The notes under the pieces: generated by a model | Told to the model about the DNA's origin: nothing | Seen by the model: the letters and a program-made list of their open reading frames with translations, nothing else | The model's database searches: none | Shown: positions 30,570 through 40,243 of the stretch, one piece after another | Numbering within the stretch: the stretch's first letter is position 1 | Layout of the letters: every line of letters starts with the position of its first letter | Assembly (NCBI GenBank): GCA_020845895.1 | Contig: JADLEX010000078.1 | Span: forward strand, 801-64,800 | Direction: 5' to 3' | DNA: 64,000 bases | DNA from: Deltaproteobacteria bacterium | GTDB taxonomy: Bacteria; Lernaellota; Lernaellaia; JACKCT01 | Made by a program: the position numbers and the translations under genes

Positions 30570-32738
30570 GTGCCGCGTCTCGGCCACGGGTTACTCGCCG
30601 CCTTGGTCATCGCAACCGCGCTGGGGGCATATGGTCAGCTTCTGACTCCGGGCCGCGTGTTGTACTCGCAGCACAGCGACCTGATGGCGCAGCACTTGGC
30701 GACCAAAACGATCCTCCATGAGTCGATCCGCTCCGGGCACGGCATCCCGGAATGGCGCGACGACCAGTTCGCGGGAAACACCGCCGCGGGCAATCCGCAG
30801 GCGATGGGTCTCTACCCCTTTCACTCGCTTTTTCTGGTGCTCGATCCCGTTCATGCCGTCGGGCTGACGTTTTTCCTCAATGTTCTTGCGTCGGCCGCGT
30901 CGTTCTTCTTGTTGGGCTGCGCTCTCGGTCTGGGGCGGGAAGCGCGTTGGTTCATGGCGGCGGCGGGACTGGTTTGGTTCAAATTGATGGCGGCGATTTA
31001 CGCGGGTTGGTTGTCCAACACGATGGTGATCGCCCTGCTGCCGGCTTTTTTCGCGGCGGTCGTTCACATGTCGCGCAGTCCGTCCATTGGGGCGGCGGTC
31101 GCGTTGGCTATTTCCGCGGCTCTTTGCGCCACCGGTGGGCACTTCCAGTATTTTTACTACGCGGTTCTGTTCGCCGCGGGATTTTTTGTCTGGAATCTGA
31201 TCCGGCCTCTGCGCTCCGGCGATCGTGCGGGACTCGCTTCGATGGTTCGCTTTTTGGCGGTCGCCCTGGTTCTTGGGTTGGGACTTTCCGCGTACGTGCT
31301 GCTTCCTTTGGCCCTCGACGCGCCGCTCCTCTCGCGCACGACGCCTTCGTACGAGTTTTTTCTCGCCGACCACGCGTTCACGCCTCGCTCGCTCCTGAGT
31401 TTTCTCACTCCCGCGGCTCTGCGGAACGCTGTCGGCGCGCGGGGCGTGGAGTTCTGGGAAGACGTCGGCTATTTCGGCGTCGTTCCTTTGCTGCTCGCCG
31501 CGTTCGCGATCATTCGTGGACGTCGAAACCCGCAAGTCGTCGCGTTTGCCCTGGCGCTGGCGATGACGATCCTGCTGACCGTTGATTCGCCGCTGCTGCG
31601 TTTCTGCTTCGATTACGTTCCGGGCTACGCACTGTTTCGCTCGCCCAACCGAATGTTGTTTCTCACGAGCGTTTTCGGAATCGGCCTTGCGGGGATCGGC
31701 CTGCAGGCCCTGCTGGAAATCGTCGAGAGCCACGGCTTGCAAAAGACCGTGTCGGCCATCGCCATTGCGTTGATCATCATCGTCGGAGGCGAAGGCGTCT
31801 ATCGCGCGCGGAATCTCCTGACGACGGCGCCGATCGACGAGGTCTGGCCCGCGCCGTCCGCGAACGAGTTTCCGGCCCCCGGCAACGCGCGTGAGCGAGT
31901 GCTCATCGCCGGAAGATCGACGATGAACTATGGACGGCTCGCGGCACTGGGACTGCCCTCGGTGAACGGCTACGACCCGTACAACTACACGCACATTTGG
32001 CGTTACCTCGATCTCATGACGCGAGGCCACGTGTCGGACGTCGGCGTCCGCGTATGGGGCGACACCCGCGGCATTGTTCGATGGGATCTGGCCGACGCCC
32101 TGGGAGTCGGGTGGATCGTCACGCCGGAGCCGATCGGGGATCTTCCGCCGTGGCTGGAACTCGTTTCGGAAATTCCCGACGCACCCAACTTTGTTTTTTA
32201 CAAAGGCATGGAGCGCGCGAGGCGATACGTTTATCGCAATACGAACGCGCGACCTCGCGCGTTTTGGGCGCGGCGCGCGATCAGCGCCGATCCCGAACAC
32301 CCCGCCCATCACCTTGCGGAACAGGCCGACTTGAGATCCACCGCCATCGTCGAAGGGTGGGGGTTTTCCGCCGTCAATTTCCAGGGGGCGGACGACGTGG
32401 TGACCGTTGTCGAATCGCGCACCGGCGTGCTGGCCCTCGAAACGATCAGCGCGCAAAAAAGCTTCCTGGTGATGAGCGAGATCTGGCATCCCGGTTGGCG
32501 GCTGACCGTGGACGGCGCTCCCGCGGAACTTTTTCGCACCGATATCGCGCTCATGGGAGCGTGGATCGATCCGGGCCACCACCGCATGGAGTTGCGCTTC
32601 CATCAACCGCTTCGGCAAGCGGGGATCGGGCTGAGCCTGATCAGCGCGGCGGCCATTTTCTGTAATTTCCTCTGGAGATTTCGTCGTCATCGGTGGACGG
32701 AATGTTCGCATGACCGCAGGTATTTGCCGAATACGTGA
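30570..32738 (+). CDS. YfhO-family membrane protein (GT-C-like, ~720 aa)
   Basis: Multi-TM N-terminal region followed by a C-terminal beta domain containing 'SEIWHPGWRLTVDGAPAELFRTDIALMGAWIDPGHHRMELRFH'. This resembles the conserved 'yy-PGW-ka-vDG' C-terminus of YfhO proteins. GTG start at 30570. Confidence 0.6.
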   Translation: MPRLGHGLLAALVIATALGAYGQLLTPGRVLYSQHSDLMAQHLATKTILHESIRSGHGIPEWRDDQFAGNTAAGNPQAMGLYPFHSLFLVLDPVHAVGLTFFLNVLASAASFFLLGCALGLGREARWFMAAAGLVWFKLMAAIYAGWLSNTMVIALLPAFFAAVVHMSRSPSIGAAVALAISAALCATGGHFQYFYYAVLFAAGFFVWNLIRPLRSGDRAGLASMVRFLAVALVLGLGLSAYVLLPLALDAPLLSRTTPSYEFFLADHAFTPRSLLSFLTPAALRNAVGARGVEFWEDVGYFGVVPLLLAAFAIIRGRRNPQVVAFALALAMTILLTVDSPLLRFCFDYVPGYALFRSPNRMLFLTSVFGIGLAGIGLQALLEIVESHGLQKTVSAIAIALIIIVGGEGVYRARNLLTTAPIDEVWPAPSANEFPAPGNARERVLIAGRSTMNYGRLAALGLPSVNGYDPYNYTHIWRYLDLMTRGHVSDVGVRVWGDTRGIVRWDLADALGVGWIVTPEPIGDLPPWLELVSEIPDAPNFVFYKGMERARRYVYRNTNARPRAFWARRAISADPEHPAHHLAEQADLRSTAIVEGWGFSAVNFQGADDVVTVVESRTGVLALETISAQKSFLVMSEIWHPGWRLTVDGAPAELFRTDIALMGAWIDPGHHRMELRFHQPLRQAGIGLSLISAAAIFCNFLWRFRRHRWTECSHDRRYLPNT

Positions 32739-32912
32739 GTCCCCTTACGAGTGTTTTCTCGTACCACTGGTTACAAATACAACACTGGGATTTTTCGATG
32801 CTCGCTCACGACGATGCTCCCGTCGCGTCCGCGCCCTGCAGGCGCCGGAAGCCGGGAGATCGACCGGATCGTGGCGGACAAATGGATGGACCGTCTTCCG
32901 TTGAGGGATCAA

Positions 32913-35162
32913 ATGCGTTCATGGCTTTTTTGCGTTGTGGTGTCGGCGTTTCTCGCATCCCTGATCGCCTGCGGCGAGCCGGGAGATGAAACGGCTTCGG
33001 AGCCGGTTTCCGAAACGTCTGATCTCGCGACCGGCCATTGGGCATCCGAGGTACAGTCCCGCATCCGCGTCGAGGACTACCGGCTTCAACCGGGTGACGG
33101 CGCGTTCACGGGACGTAATCCCGCCCAGCGCTTTACCATCGAAATGGATGCCGGCGGCGTCATGCTCTCCGTGACCGCGCATGACACCGACCAGGACTGG
33201 GCGTGGTCCACCGTGGGCTTTGGCCGCGAGGGATTGGTCCTCGACGCGGCACCCGCCTCTCCCGCCTTGGGGGAGTGCGCGTTGCCTCCCGAATACGGCT
33301 TCGGCGACGTTTGCCTGTCGTTGATCGAGTACGACCGCGGAGAATTGGTGGAGTGGTACGCGAACCGCGTGGGCGGCCTGGAGCAGGGCTTCGAGGTCTT
33401 CGGCGAGCCGACCGGGAATGGACTTCTCGTCATCGAGGGTCGGGTTTCAACGGCGCTTACGGGTCGAGGAAACGCGGATCTCTCCGAGATTCTTTTCGCG
33501 GATGAAACAGGCGACGTGCTGCGTTACGCGGGCCTGGCGGTGTGGGACGCCAACGGCGTTCCGCTCGATTCCTGGATGGAATGGACGGATCCGGACACGA
33601 TCCGCCTGATCGTGGATGATGCGGGCGCACTCTACCCGATCACGGTCGATCCCGGCCTGTCCGCCGCACCGGACTGGCTTTATGAAGGCAACCCAGACTA
33701 CGCCTACTTCGGTCATTCCGTCTCCGGCGCGGGGGATGTGAACAACGACGGCTACGACGACGTGATCGTCGGAGCGTACAGGTACGACAATGGTCAGAAC
33801 GGTGAGGGCCGAGCCTACACATTCCTCGGATCGGTCTCGGGGTTGCAGTCGTCTCCGGTCTGGACCTATGAGAGCGACCAGGCCTACGCTTCTTTTGGCT
33901 GGTCCGTTTCCGGCGCGGGGGACGTGAACAACGACGGCTACGATGACGTCATGGTCGGAGCACCTGACTACGACAACGGCCAGGTCGGAGAGGGACGTGC
34001 CTACGCCTTCTTGGGGTCGGGTTCGGGCTTGCAGTCCTCGCCGGTCTGGACCTATCAGAGCGGCCAGTCTGAGGCCCGATTCGGCTTTTCTGTTTCCGGC
34101 GCGGGGGACGTGAACGGCGACGGAAGTGCCGACGTGATCGTCGGAGCAGATAGACATAGCAATGACCAACTCGGGGAGGGCAGTGCCTTCGTCTTCCTGG
34201 GATCGGGCTCGGGAATTCAGTCGTCGCCTGCTTGGACCTACGAGAGCAATCAGGCCTATGCCTATTTTGGCGGTTCCGTTTCCGGCGCGGGGGATATCAA
34301 TGCGGACGGCTACGACGACGTGATTGTGGGTGCGTATTCGTATGAAAACGGCCAAGGCGCTGAGGGCCGTGCCTACGCCTTTTTAGGGTCGGGGTCGGGG
34401 TTGCAGTCGTCTCCGGTCTGGACTCATGAGAGCAATCAGGCCTACGCCCATTTCGGCTTTTCCGTTTCCGGCGCGGGCGACGTGAACAACGACGGCTACG
34501 ACGACGTGATCGTCGGAGCGCATTGGTATGACAACGGCCAGGACAACGAGGGCCGTGCCTACGCCTTCTTGGGGTCGGGCTCGGGTTTGCAGTCCCCGCC
34601 AGTCTGGACTTATGAGAGCGATCAGACCAACGCCGATTTCGGCTGGTCCGTTTCCGGCGCGGGAGATGTGAACAACGATGGCTATGACGACGTGATCCTC
34701 GATGCCCAAGCTTACGGAAACGGCCAGAATGGAGAGGGCCGCGCCTATGTCTTCTTGGGTTCGGACTCTGGGGTAGAATCGTCGCCAGTCTGGACGGCCG
34801 AGAGCGATCAGGCGAACGCCCGGTTTGGCAGTTCCGTTTCCGGCGCGGGGGACGTGAACGGCGACGGAAGTGCCGACGTGATCGTCGGCGCATATCGGTT
34901 CTCCATTGGCCAAAGCAATGAAGGCCGTGCTTACGTGTTTCACGGCGAAGCGCCAACCACCACAACCACGACCACAACGACCACAACTACCACGACGACG
35001 GAAACGACGACATCCACGACAACCACCACATCGACGACCTCAACGACGGCTTCGTCGACCACCACAACAGTTCCGACGACGACAGGGTCCTCGACCACGA
35101 CGACGACGTCCGGCGGCGGTGGCGGAGATGACGATGACGACGGTGGCTGCTGCGGCTGCTGA
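32913..35162 (+). CDS. FG-GAP (integrin-alpha-like beta-propeller) repeat lipoprotein with a ~45-residue poly-Thr/Ser tract and a terminal 'GGCCGC'
   Basis: Lipobox 'LIACG'. There are 8 or more FG-GAP repeats ('SVSGAGDVNNDGYDDVIVGA...GEGRAY'). The C-terminus reads 'TTTTTTTTTTTTTTETTTSTTTTTSTTSTTASSTTTTVPTTTGSSTTTTTSGGGGGDDDDDGGCCGC*'. Confidence 0.75.
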   Translation: MRSWLFCVVVSAFLASLIACGEPGDETASEPVSETSDLATGHWASEVQSRIRVEDYRLQPGDGAFTGRNPAQRFTIEMDAGGVMLSVTAHDTDQDWAWSTVGFGREGLVLDAAPASPALGECALPPEYGFGDVCLSLIEYDRGELVEWYANRVGGLEQGFEVFGEPTGNGLLVIEGRVSTALTGRGNADLSEILFADETGDVLRYAGLAVWDANGVPLDSWMEWTDPDTIRLIVDDAGALYPITVDPGLSAAPDWLYEGNPDYAYFGHSVSGAGDVNNDGYDDVIVGAYRYDNGQNGEGRAYTFLGSVSGLQSSPVWTYESDQAYASFGWSVSGAGDVNNDGYDDVMVGAPDYDNGQVGEGRAYAFLGSGSGLQSSPVWTYQSGQSEARFGFSVSGAGDVNGDGSADVIVGADRHSNDQLGEGSAFVFLGSGSGIQSSPAWTYESNQAYAYFGGSVSGAGDINADGYDDVIVGAYSYENGQGAEGRAYAFLGSGSGLQSSPVWTHESNQAYAHFGFSVSGAGDVNNDGYDDVIVGAHWYDNGQDNEGRAYAFLGSGSGLQSPPVWTYESDQTNADFGWSVSGAGDVNNDGYDDVILDAQAYGNGQNGEGRAYVFLGSDSGVESSPVWTAESDQANARFGSSVSGAGDVNGDGSADVIVGAYRFSIGQSNEGRAYVFHGEAPTTTTTTTTTTTTTTTETTTSTTTTTSTTSTTASSTTTTVPTTTGSSTTTTTSGGGGGDDDDDGGCCGC

Positions 35163-35189
35163 AGAAGATTCCCGATTCCGAACAAAAAA

Positions 35190-35208
35190 GCCCGGCTCGC
35201 CGCCGGGG
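35190..35208 (+). terminator. GC hairpin GCCCGGC-tcgcc-GCCGGGG after the first FG-GAP gene (weak; no T-tract)
   Basis: The same hairpin core as the terminators at 28764 and 40201, but it lacks the U-tail. Confidence 0.25.
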
Positions 35209-35493
35209 CCGGTCGTCGCGCTGCTGCTCGGTAACCGACGGACCTTCCTCCTCGGGGAGAGGGCCGGAGAGCGTCTTGAACCGTTCCAAGGTGCCTGCGC
35301 TCTCAAAAGGCGCATTTTCGTGAAATCCATTACGGGACATATTACGTAACCGTTAGTACAGTGTGTTCACGCAAAATGTAATCCCGTTGCGACTCGGCCG
35401 CGAAAAACGGGTCTGCCCCCGCGAATCGCAAGAGCGCCGACTGGTGGCGCCAGTGTGGGTTTCGGTCCTGGAATCGGATCTTTGGAGGGAAAC

Positions 35494-37887
35494 ATGCGCC
35501 TTGGGACGATCGTATTGGTGATTCTTGCGGCTCTCGGCTCGTTGCTCTCCTGCGTTGGGTCCGATGGTGAGACGCGTTCGGAGCCGGCTTCCAATACGTC
35601 GGAACTCGCGGGCGGACATTGGTCCTCCGAGGTGCAATCCCGCATCCGCGTCGAGGAATACCGGCTTCAACCGGATGATGGCGCGTTCGCGGGACGCAAT
35701 CCCGCCCAGCGTTTCTCAATCGAGATGGATGCTGACGGTGTTTCCCTCGCGTTGACCGTGCATGACACCGACCACGACTGGACCTGGTCCACCGTGGGAT
35801 TCGGTCGCGAGGGATCGGTCCTCGACGCGGCGTCGGCTTCTCCCGCCCCGGGGGACTGCGCGTTGCCGCCCGAATACGGCTTCGGCGACGTTTGCCTGTC
35901 GCAGATCGAGTACGACCGCGGCGAATTGGTGGAGTGGTACGCGAACCGGATGGGCGGGCTGGAGCAGGGCTTCGAGGTCTTCGGCGAGCCGACCGGGAAT
36001 GGACTTCTCGTGATCGAGGGTCGGGTTTCCACGACGCTCGCCGGTCGGGGGAACGCCGATCTCTCCGAGATCCTTTTCGCGGATGAAACAGGCGATGTGC
36101 TGCGTTACTCGGGTCTTTCCGTTCGGGACGCCAACGGCGTTCCGCTGGATAGCTGGATGGAGTGGGTCGAGCCCGACACGATCCGCCTGATCGTGGATGA
36201 CGCGGGCGCCCTGTACCCCATTACGGTGGACCCTGGCCTGTCCGACGCACCGGACTGGATCTTCGAAAGCAACCAGGAGGGCGCCTTTTTCGGCTTGTCC
36301 GTTTCCGGCGCGGGGGACGTGAACGACGACGGCTACGACGACGTGATCGTGGGAGCACATTGGTATACCAACGGACAAATTGGAGAGGGCCGCGCCTATG
36401 TCTTCTTGGGATCGGACTCGGGAGTACAGTCCTCGCCGGTCTGGACCTACGAGAGCGACCTGCCTGAAGCTAGATTTGGCAGTTCGGTTTCCGGCGCGGG
36501 GGATGTTAACAACGATGGCTACGACGACGTGATAGTTGGTGCTCATGGATTCAACAACGTCGATGAGTTCGAAGGACGGGCTTACGCTTTTTTGGGTTCT
36601 GGATCCGGCCCACAAAACTCTCCGGTGTGGATTGAAGAACCTCATGCGCAGACTTGGTTCGGTGTTAGTGTTTCTGGTGCGGGAGATGTCAACGGAGACG
36701 GAAATGACGATGTTATTGTCGGAGCATCTCATGCATCCAATGGACATAACCGAGAAGGCAGAGCCTACGTTTATTTAGGCACAGATTCCGGAATTCAATA
36801 TTCACCCGTATGGACAGCTGAAGGCAGTCAAACGAAAGGCTATTTTGGCAATCCTGTGTCAGGCGCGGGCGATGTGAATAACGACGGCTACGATGACGTG
36901 CTCGTGGGACAGCCTTACTTTTCCAATGGACAGAACTATGAGGGACGAGCCTACGTATACTTGGGAACCAGTTCTGGATTGCAGTCGTCTCCGATATGGA
37001 TATACGAAGGACAACAAGATAATGCCATCTTGGGAGGGTCGGTTTCAGATGCCGGTGACATTAATGGCGACGGATATGACGACGTGGTCATCGGAGCGCA
37101 AGTGTATGACAACGGCCAGAACAATGAGGGCCGTGCCTTCGTCTTCTTGGGATCGATCTCGGGAGGTCAGTCCTCTCCGGTCTGGACCCAGGAGAGTAAC
37201 CAGGTCCGTGCCTACTTCGGCGATTCCGTTTCCGGCGCTGGAGACGTGAACAACGACGGCTACGACGACGTGGTTATCGGAGCTTATGGTTATGCGAACG
37301 GCCAGAACCATGAAGGTCGTGCTTACGTCTTTTTGGGAACGGATTCGGGGTTGCAGTCGTCGCCGGTCTGGACCCATGAGAGCAACTGGGCCGAGTCCTA
37401 TTTCAGCAGTTCGCTTTCCGGCGCGGGAGACGTGAACAACGACGGCTACGACGACGTGATCGTCGGAGCGTACAAGTATGACAACGACCAGAACAACGAA
37501 GGCCGTGCCTGCGTGTTTCATGGGGAGATGCCGACCACCACCACTACCACCACCACCAGCTCCTCCACGACAACAACAACGACGACGACAACGACGACGA
37601 CGACGACAACGACAACAACAACGACCGCGACTTCATCTTCGACGACCTCCTCGACGGCATCCTCGTCGACCACCACAACCGTTACGACGACGACAGGTTC
37701 ATCGACGACTACGACGACAGCCGGTAGCGACGACGACACCGGCGACGACGATGCGGGCGATGACGACACGGGTGATGACGACCCCCCCGATGAAGACCCG
37801 AGAGGCGACCCCATTGACCCGATAGACAGGGAAAAAGGGGGGGATTCGGACGACGACGACGACCGTGGAAGCGGATGTAGCGTTTAG
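35494..37887 (+). CDS. FG-GAP repeat lipoprotein, tandem paralog of 32913..35162, with poly-Thr/Ser and Asp-rich tail ending 'RGSGCSV'
   Basis: Lipobox 'LLSCVG'. The first ~700 nt are ~90% identical to the preceding gene. There are multiple FG-GAP repeats. The tail 'TTTTTTTTSSSTTTTTTTTTTTTTTTTTTTTATSSS...DDDTGDDDAGDDDTGDDDPPDED' follows. Confidence 0.75.
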   Translation: MRLGTIVLVILAALGSLLSCVGSDGETRSEPASNTSELAGGHWSSEVQSRIRVEEYRLQPDDGAFAGRNPAQRFSIEMDADGVSLALTVHDTDHDWTWSTVGFGREGSVLDAASASPAPGDCALPPEYGFGDVCLSQIEYDRGELVEWYANRMGGLEQGFEVFGEPTGNGLLVIEGRVSTTLAGRGNADLSEILFADETGDVLRYSGLSVRDANGVPLDSWMEWVEPDTIRLIVDDAGALYPITVDPGLSDAPDWIFESNQEGAFFGLSVSGAGDVNDDGYDDVIVGAHWYTNGQIGEGRAYVFLGSDSGVQSSPVWTYESDLPEARFGSSVSGAGDVNNDGYDDVIVGAHGFNNVDEFEGRAYAFLGSGSGPQNSPVWIEEPHAQTWFGVSVSGAGDVNGDGNDDVIVGASHASNGHNREGRAYVYLGTDSGIQYSPVWTAEGSQTKGYFGNPVSGAGDVNNDGYDDVLVGQPYFSNGQNYEGRAYVYLGTSSGLQSSPIWIYEGQQDNAILGGSVSDAGDINGDGYDDVVIGAQVYDNGQNNEGRAFVFLGSISGGQSSPVWTQESNQVRAYFGDSVSGAGDVNNDGYDDVVIGAYGYANGQNHEGRAYVFLGTDSGLQSSPVWTHESNWAESYFSSSLSGAGDVNNDGYDDVIVGAYKYDNDQNNEGRACVFHGEMPTTTTTTTTSSSTTTTTTTTTTTTTTTTTTTTATSSSTTSSTASSSTTTTVTTTTGSSTTTTTAGSDDDTGDDDAGDDDTGDDDPPDEDPRGDPIDPIDREKGGDSDDDDDRGSGCSV

Positions 37888-37931
37888 GAACAACGCCCGT
37901 CGGCACACTTTCCTCAATAAGGGAGAACGTC

Positions 37932-40169
37932 ATGGTGAGCCGAATGATGCAGGGTTTGCGATCACTGATCTTCTTTGCTTTGTTGGGCTTTTACGGAGCG
38001 TTCGCTCTCGCGCAAGGCGGCAAAAGCGTCTTGGCATCGGAAGAATCGAAAGGAGGGGGTTTGGTCGCCGTGCTGCCCCACGGGCGTCCCGGCACTCCTT
38101 GTGCCGTGGATGGACAATGCAACGACGGCGTGGCATGCACGACGGACAATTGCGCCGGTGCAACCAACGCCACGGACACGGTGGGCGGAATGGTTTTCGA
38201 CTTCTCCGGCCAAGAGCTTCTTCGCGGCAACATCTATGAATGCTCTTCCAACGCCGTGCTCCAAGATGTCCAAATGTATCTGAGCCTATCGGCGGCAGCG
38301 GAAGTCATGGCCGTGGTCTACGAGGCCGATGCGGCGACCGGGCCGTTCACCCTGATCGATCAGGCAGCGGCAACCCTGCCGAACAGCGGCGTCAGTTGGT
38401 ACACGATTCCCGGCCTGGAAACCCACCTGACCGCAGGCAAGTATTACGCCATCGCGTTCACTTGGGACGTGCCGACGGTCGGCTATTACCGAAGTTCACT
38501 GCCCGACGCATCGGTGTATTTCGGCACAACGGCAGGCTACGTTGCGGATGAATATTTGCCGGATGATCCCGGCGATTACCATAGCGGGTATATCTATTAC
38601 CAGCGCGTGGTCGGCACGTTGGTCGACGGCCAGTGCGAAAACACGGCGGATGCGGGATATTGCAACGATGGCGTTGAATGCACCGACGACGTGTGCACCG
38701 ACGACAGCAATGTGGTCGGCAACTCGGGCTATGAATTTAGTGGGACAACACGCGCTCGCGGTAACCTCTACCTGGCCGACACGGCGGAACACCTGCTGGG
38801 TGTGCGAGCCTACTTGGGTATGACGTCGAACTCTCAAGTGACTGCGGTCGTTTATTCGGCGGACGTCATCGGGGGGCCCTACACGCTGTTGGATTCCCAT
38901 ACGACCACTCTCACAGCGGGGGGAACGAAGTGGTACAGCGTGTTCGGCTTGGATGTCACCTTTACTCCCGGCACCTACTATGCGATCGGGCTGACTTGGA
39001 ACACCCCCGACTTGCTTTACTCTTTCGGCGACTACTGCTTGACTTCCGTGCCCGTTTCCTTCGGTGACGCCGTTGGCAACTTTTCGCCGAACTTGTATCT
39101 ACCGTCTCCACTGAACTCCTCACTCGCGCCGAACGATTGCCACTACTTCCAGGAGGCCGTGACCGAAGAACTGACCACCGGATGCGCGCACGAGCTGAAC
39201 GACGTTTGTGACGACTCCGTCGGCTGCACCGAAGACACCTGTGACGATGTGGTCGAGGATACGTTGGGAGGGACAGCAATTGCAGAGAGCGGTTCTCCGA
39301 GAATGCGAGGAAATGTTTTTGAGGCCACGTCCAACGCGGTCCTGGAATCGATCTCGATGCAGCTGGATTTCTCGATGCACTTGGCGATCAACGACTCCCA
39401 TGCCGTGACGGCCGTGGTTTACGAGGCTGCGGCGATCACCGGACCCTATACGTTGATCGATTCGCAGACGGCGGTCTTGGCTGGGCCGGGAATAGAGGAT
39501 TATACGGTGGATGGGCTGGTCACTCCATTGACCGACGGGAAGTTTTACGCCATCGGGTTCACTTGGGATGGCCCATCATTGACATGGTATGCTGAAAATA
39601 CCGGGAGCCAAACGGTTTCTTTCGGCGTCTCTAATGCCCATGTCGAGTGGACGGGTTATCTTCCCGACGATCCGTCCGGCGGAATAGTTCAAGACAGCCT
39701 GCGTTACCAGATGAGTCTGGTGACCGCGGGCGACGGATGCTCCAACACTCCTGACGACAATCTCTGCGACGACGGCCTCTGGTGCAACGGTGCGGAGACC
39801 TGTGATACGGTGAACGACTGCGAAACGGGCGCCGATGCCTGCGCCGACAACGGTCTGTACTGCGATGGGACGGAAAGCTGTAACGAGACCGACGACATCT
39901 GCGAAGCTTCGGGCGATCCCTGCGATACCGGCACGGAAGAATGCAACGAAACCGACGACCAGTGTGATCCCTTGTCCGACGACGACGCGACTGACGACGA
40001 TGCGACCGACGACGATGCGACCGACGACGATGCCTCGGATGACGATGCGACCGACGACGATGCCTCGGATGACGACGCGACTGACGACGACACGACCACC
40101 GATGACGATGACGTTTCCGGCGGCAGCGGCGGTGACGATGACGACGGAGGCGGTTGCGGCTGCGGCTGA
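37932..40169 (+). CDS. Secreted protein with three ~150-aa internal repeats separated by Cys-rich modules, plus a C-terminal Cys-rich region, a (DDDA[T/S])n tail and a terminal 'GGGCGCG'
   Basis: Signal peptide 'LRSLIFFALLGFYGAFALAQG'. The repeat core is 'G-N-x-Y-E-x-SNAVL...VTAVVYEA...TGPYTLID...GKYYAIGFTWD'. Cys-rich modules 'CNDGVxCTxDxC' and 'DGLWCNGAETCD/DGLYCDGTESCN' resemble Myxococcus cysteine-rich repeats. Confidence 0.6.
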   Translation: MVSRMMQGLRSLIFFALLGFYGAFALAQGGKSVLASEESKGGGLVAVLPHGRPGTPCAVDGQCNDGVACTTDNCAGATNATDTVGGMVFDFSGQELLRGNIYECSSNAVLQDVQMYLSLSAAAEVMAVVYEADAATGPFTLIDQAAATLPNSGVSWYTIPGLETHLTAGKYYAIAFTWDVPTVGYYRSSLPDASVYFGTTAGYVADEYLPDDPGDYHSGYIYYQRVVGTLVDGQCENTADAGYCNDGVECTDDVCTDDSNVVGNSGYEFSGTTRARGNLYLADTAEHLLGVRAYLGMTSNSQVTAVVYSADVIGGPYTLLDSHTTTLTAGGTKWYSVFGLDVTFTPGTYYAIGLTWNTPDLLYSFGDYCLTSVPVSFGDAVGNFSPNLYLPSPLNSSLAPNDCHYFQEAVTEELTTGCAHELNDVCDDSVGCTEDTCDDVVEDTLGGTAIAESGSPRMRGNVFEATSNAVLESISMQLDFSMHLAINDSHAVTAVVYEAAAITGPYTLIDSQTAVLAGPGIEDYTVDGLVTPLTDGKFYAIGFTWDGPSLTWYAENTGSQTVSFGVSNAHVEWTGYLPDDPSGGIVQDSLRYQMSLVTAGDGCSNTPDDNLCDDGLWCNGAETCDTVNDCETGADACADNGLYCDGTESCNETDDICEASGDPCDTGTEECNETDDQCDPLSDDDATDDDATDDDATDDDASDDDATDDDASDDDATDDDTTTDDDDVSGGSGGDDDDGGGCGCG
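39978..40110 (+). repeat. Tandem 12-nt coding repeat (GACGACGATGCGACC-like) encoding (DDDA[T/S])x~10
   Basis: Near-perfect 12-nt periodicity seen directly in the sequence, at the 3' end of the 37932..40169 gene. Confidence 0.7.
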
Positions 40170-40190
40170 AACGCCGCGAAGTCCAATTTG

Positions 40191-40227
40191 ACAAACAAAA
40201 GCCCGGCGTCGCCGCCGGGCTTTTTTC
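40191..40227. terminator. Bidirectional rho-independent terminator (AAACAAAA-GCCCGGC-gtcgcc-GCCGGGC-TTTTTT) between convergent genes
   Basis: Hairpin flanked by an A-tract and a T-tract; lies between the stops at 40169 (+) and 40244 (-). Confidence 0.75.
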
Positions 40228-40243
40228 CGTCAATGCGTTCGCA

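Noticed and set aside
30591-32711. 706-aa minus-strand ORF
   Set aside because: Antisense to the YfhO-family gene; Arg-rich low-complexity translation.
35163-35349. Possible missing MYXO-CTERM-type hydrophobic anchor after the terminal Cys motifs
   Set aside because: I translated all frames downstream of the stops at 28735, 35162, 37887 and 40169. None gives a TM-length hydrophobic stretch plus Arg cluster; the +1 frame after 35162 gives only 'VVALLLG'. The proteins therefore appear to end at the Cys motif.
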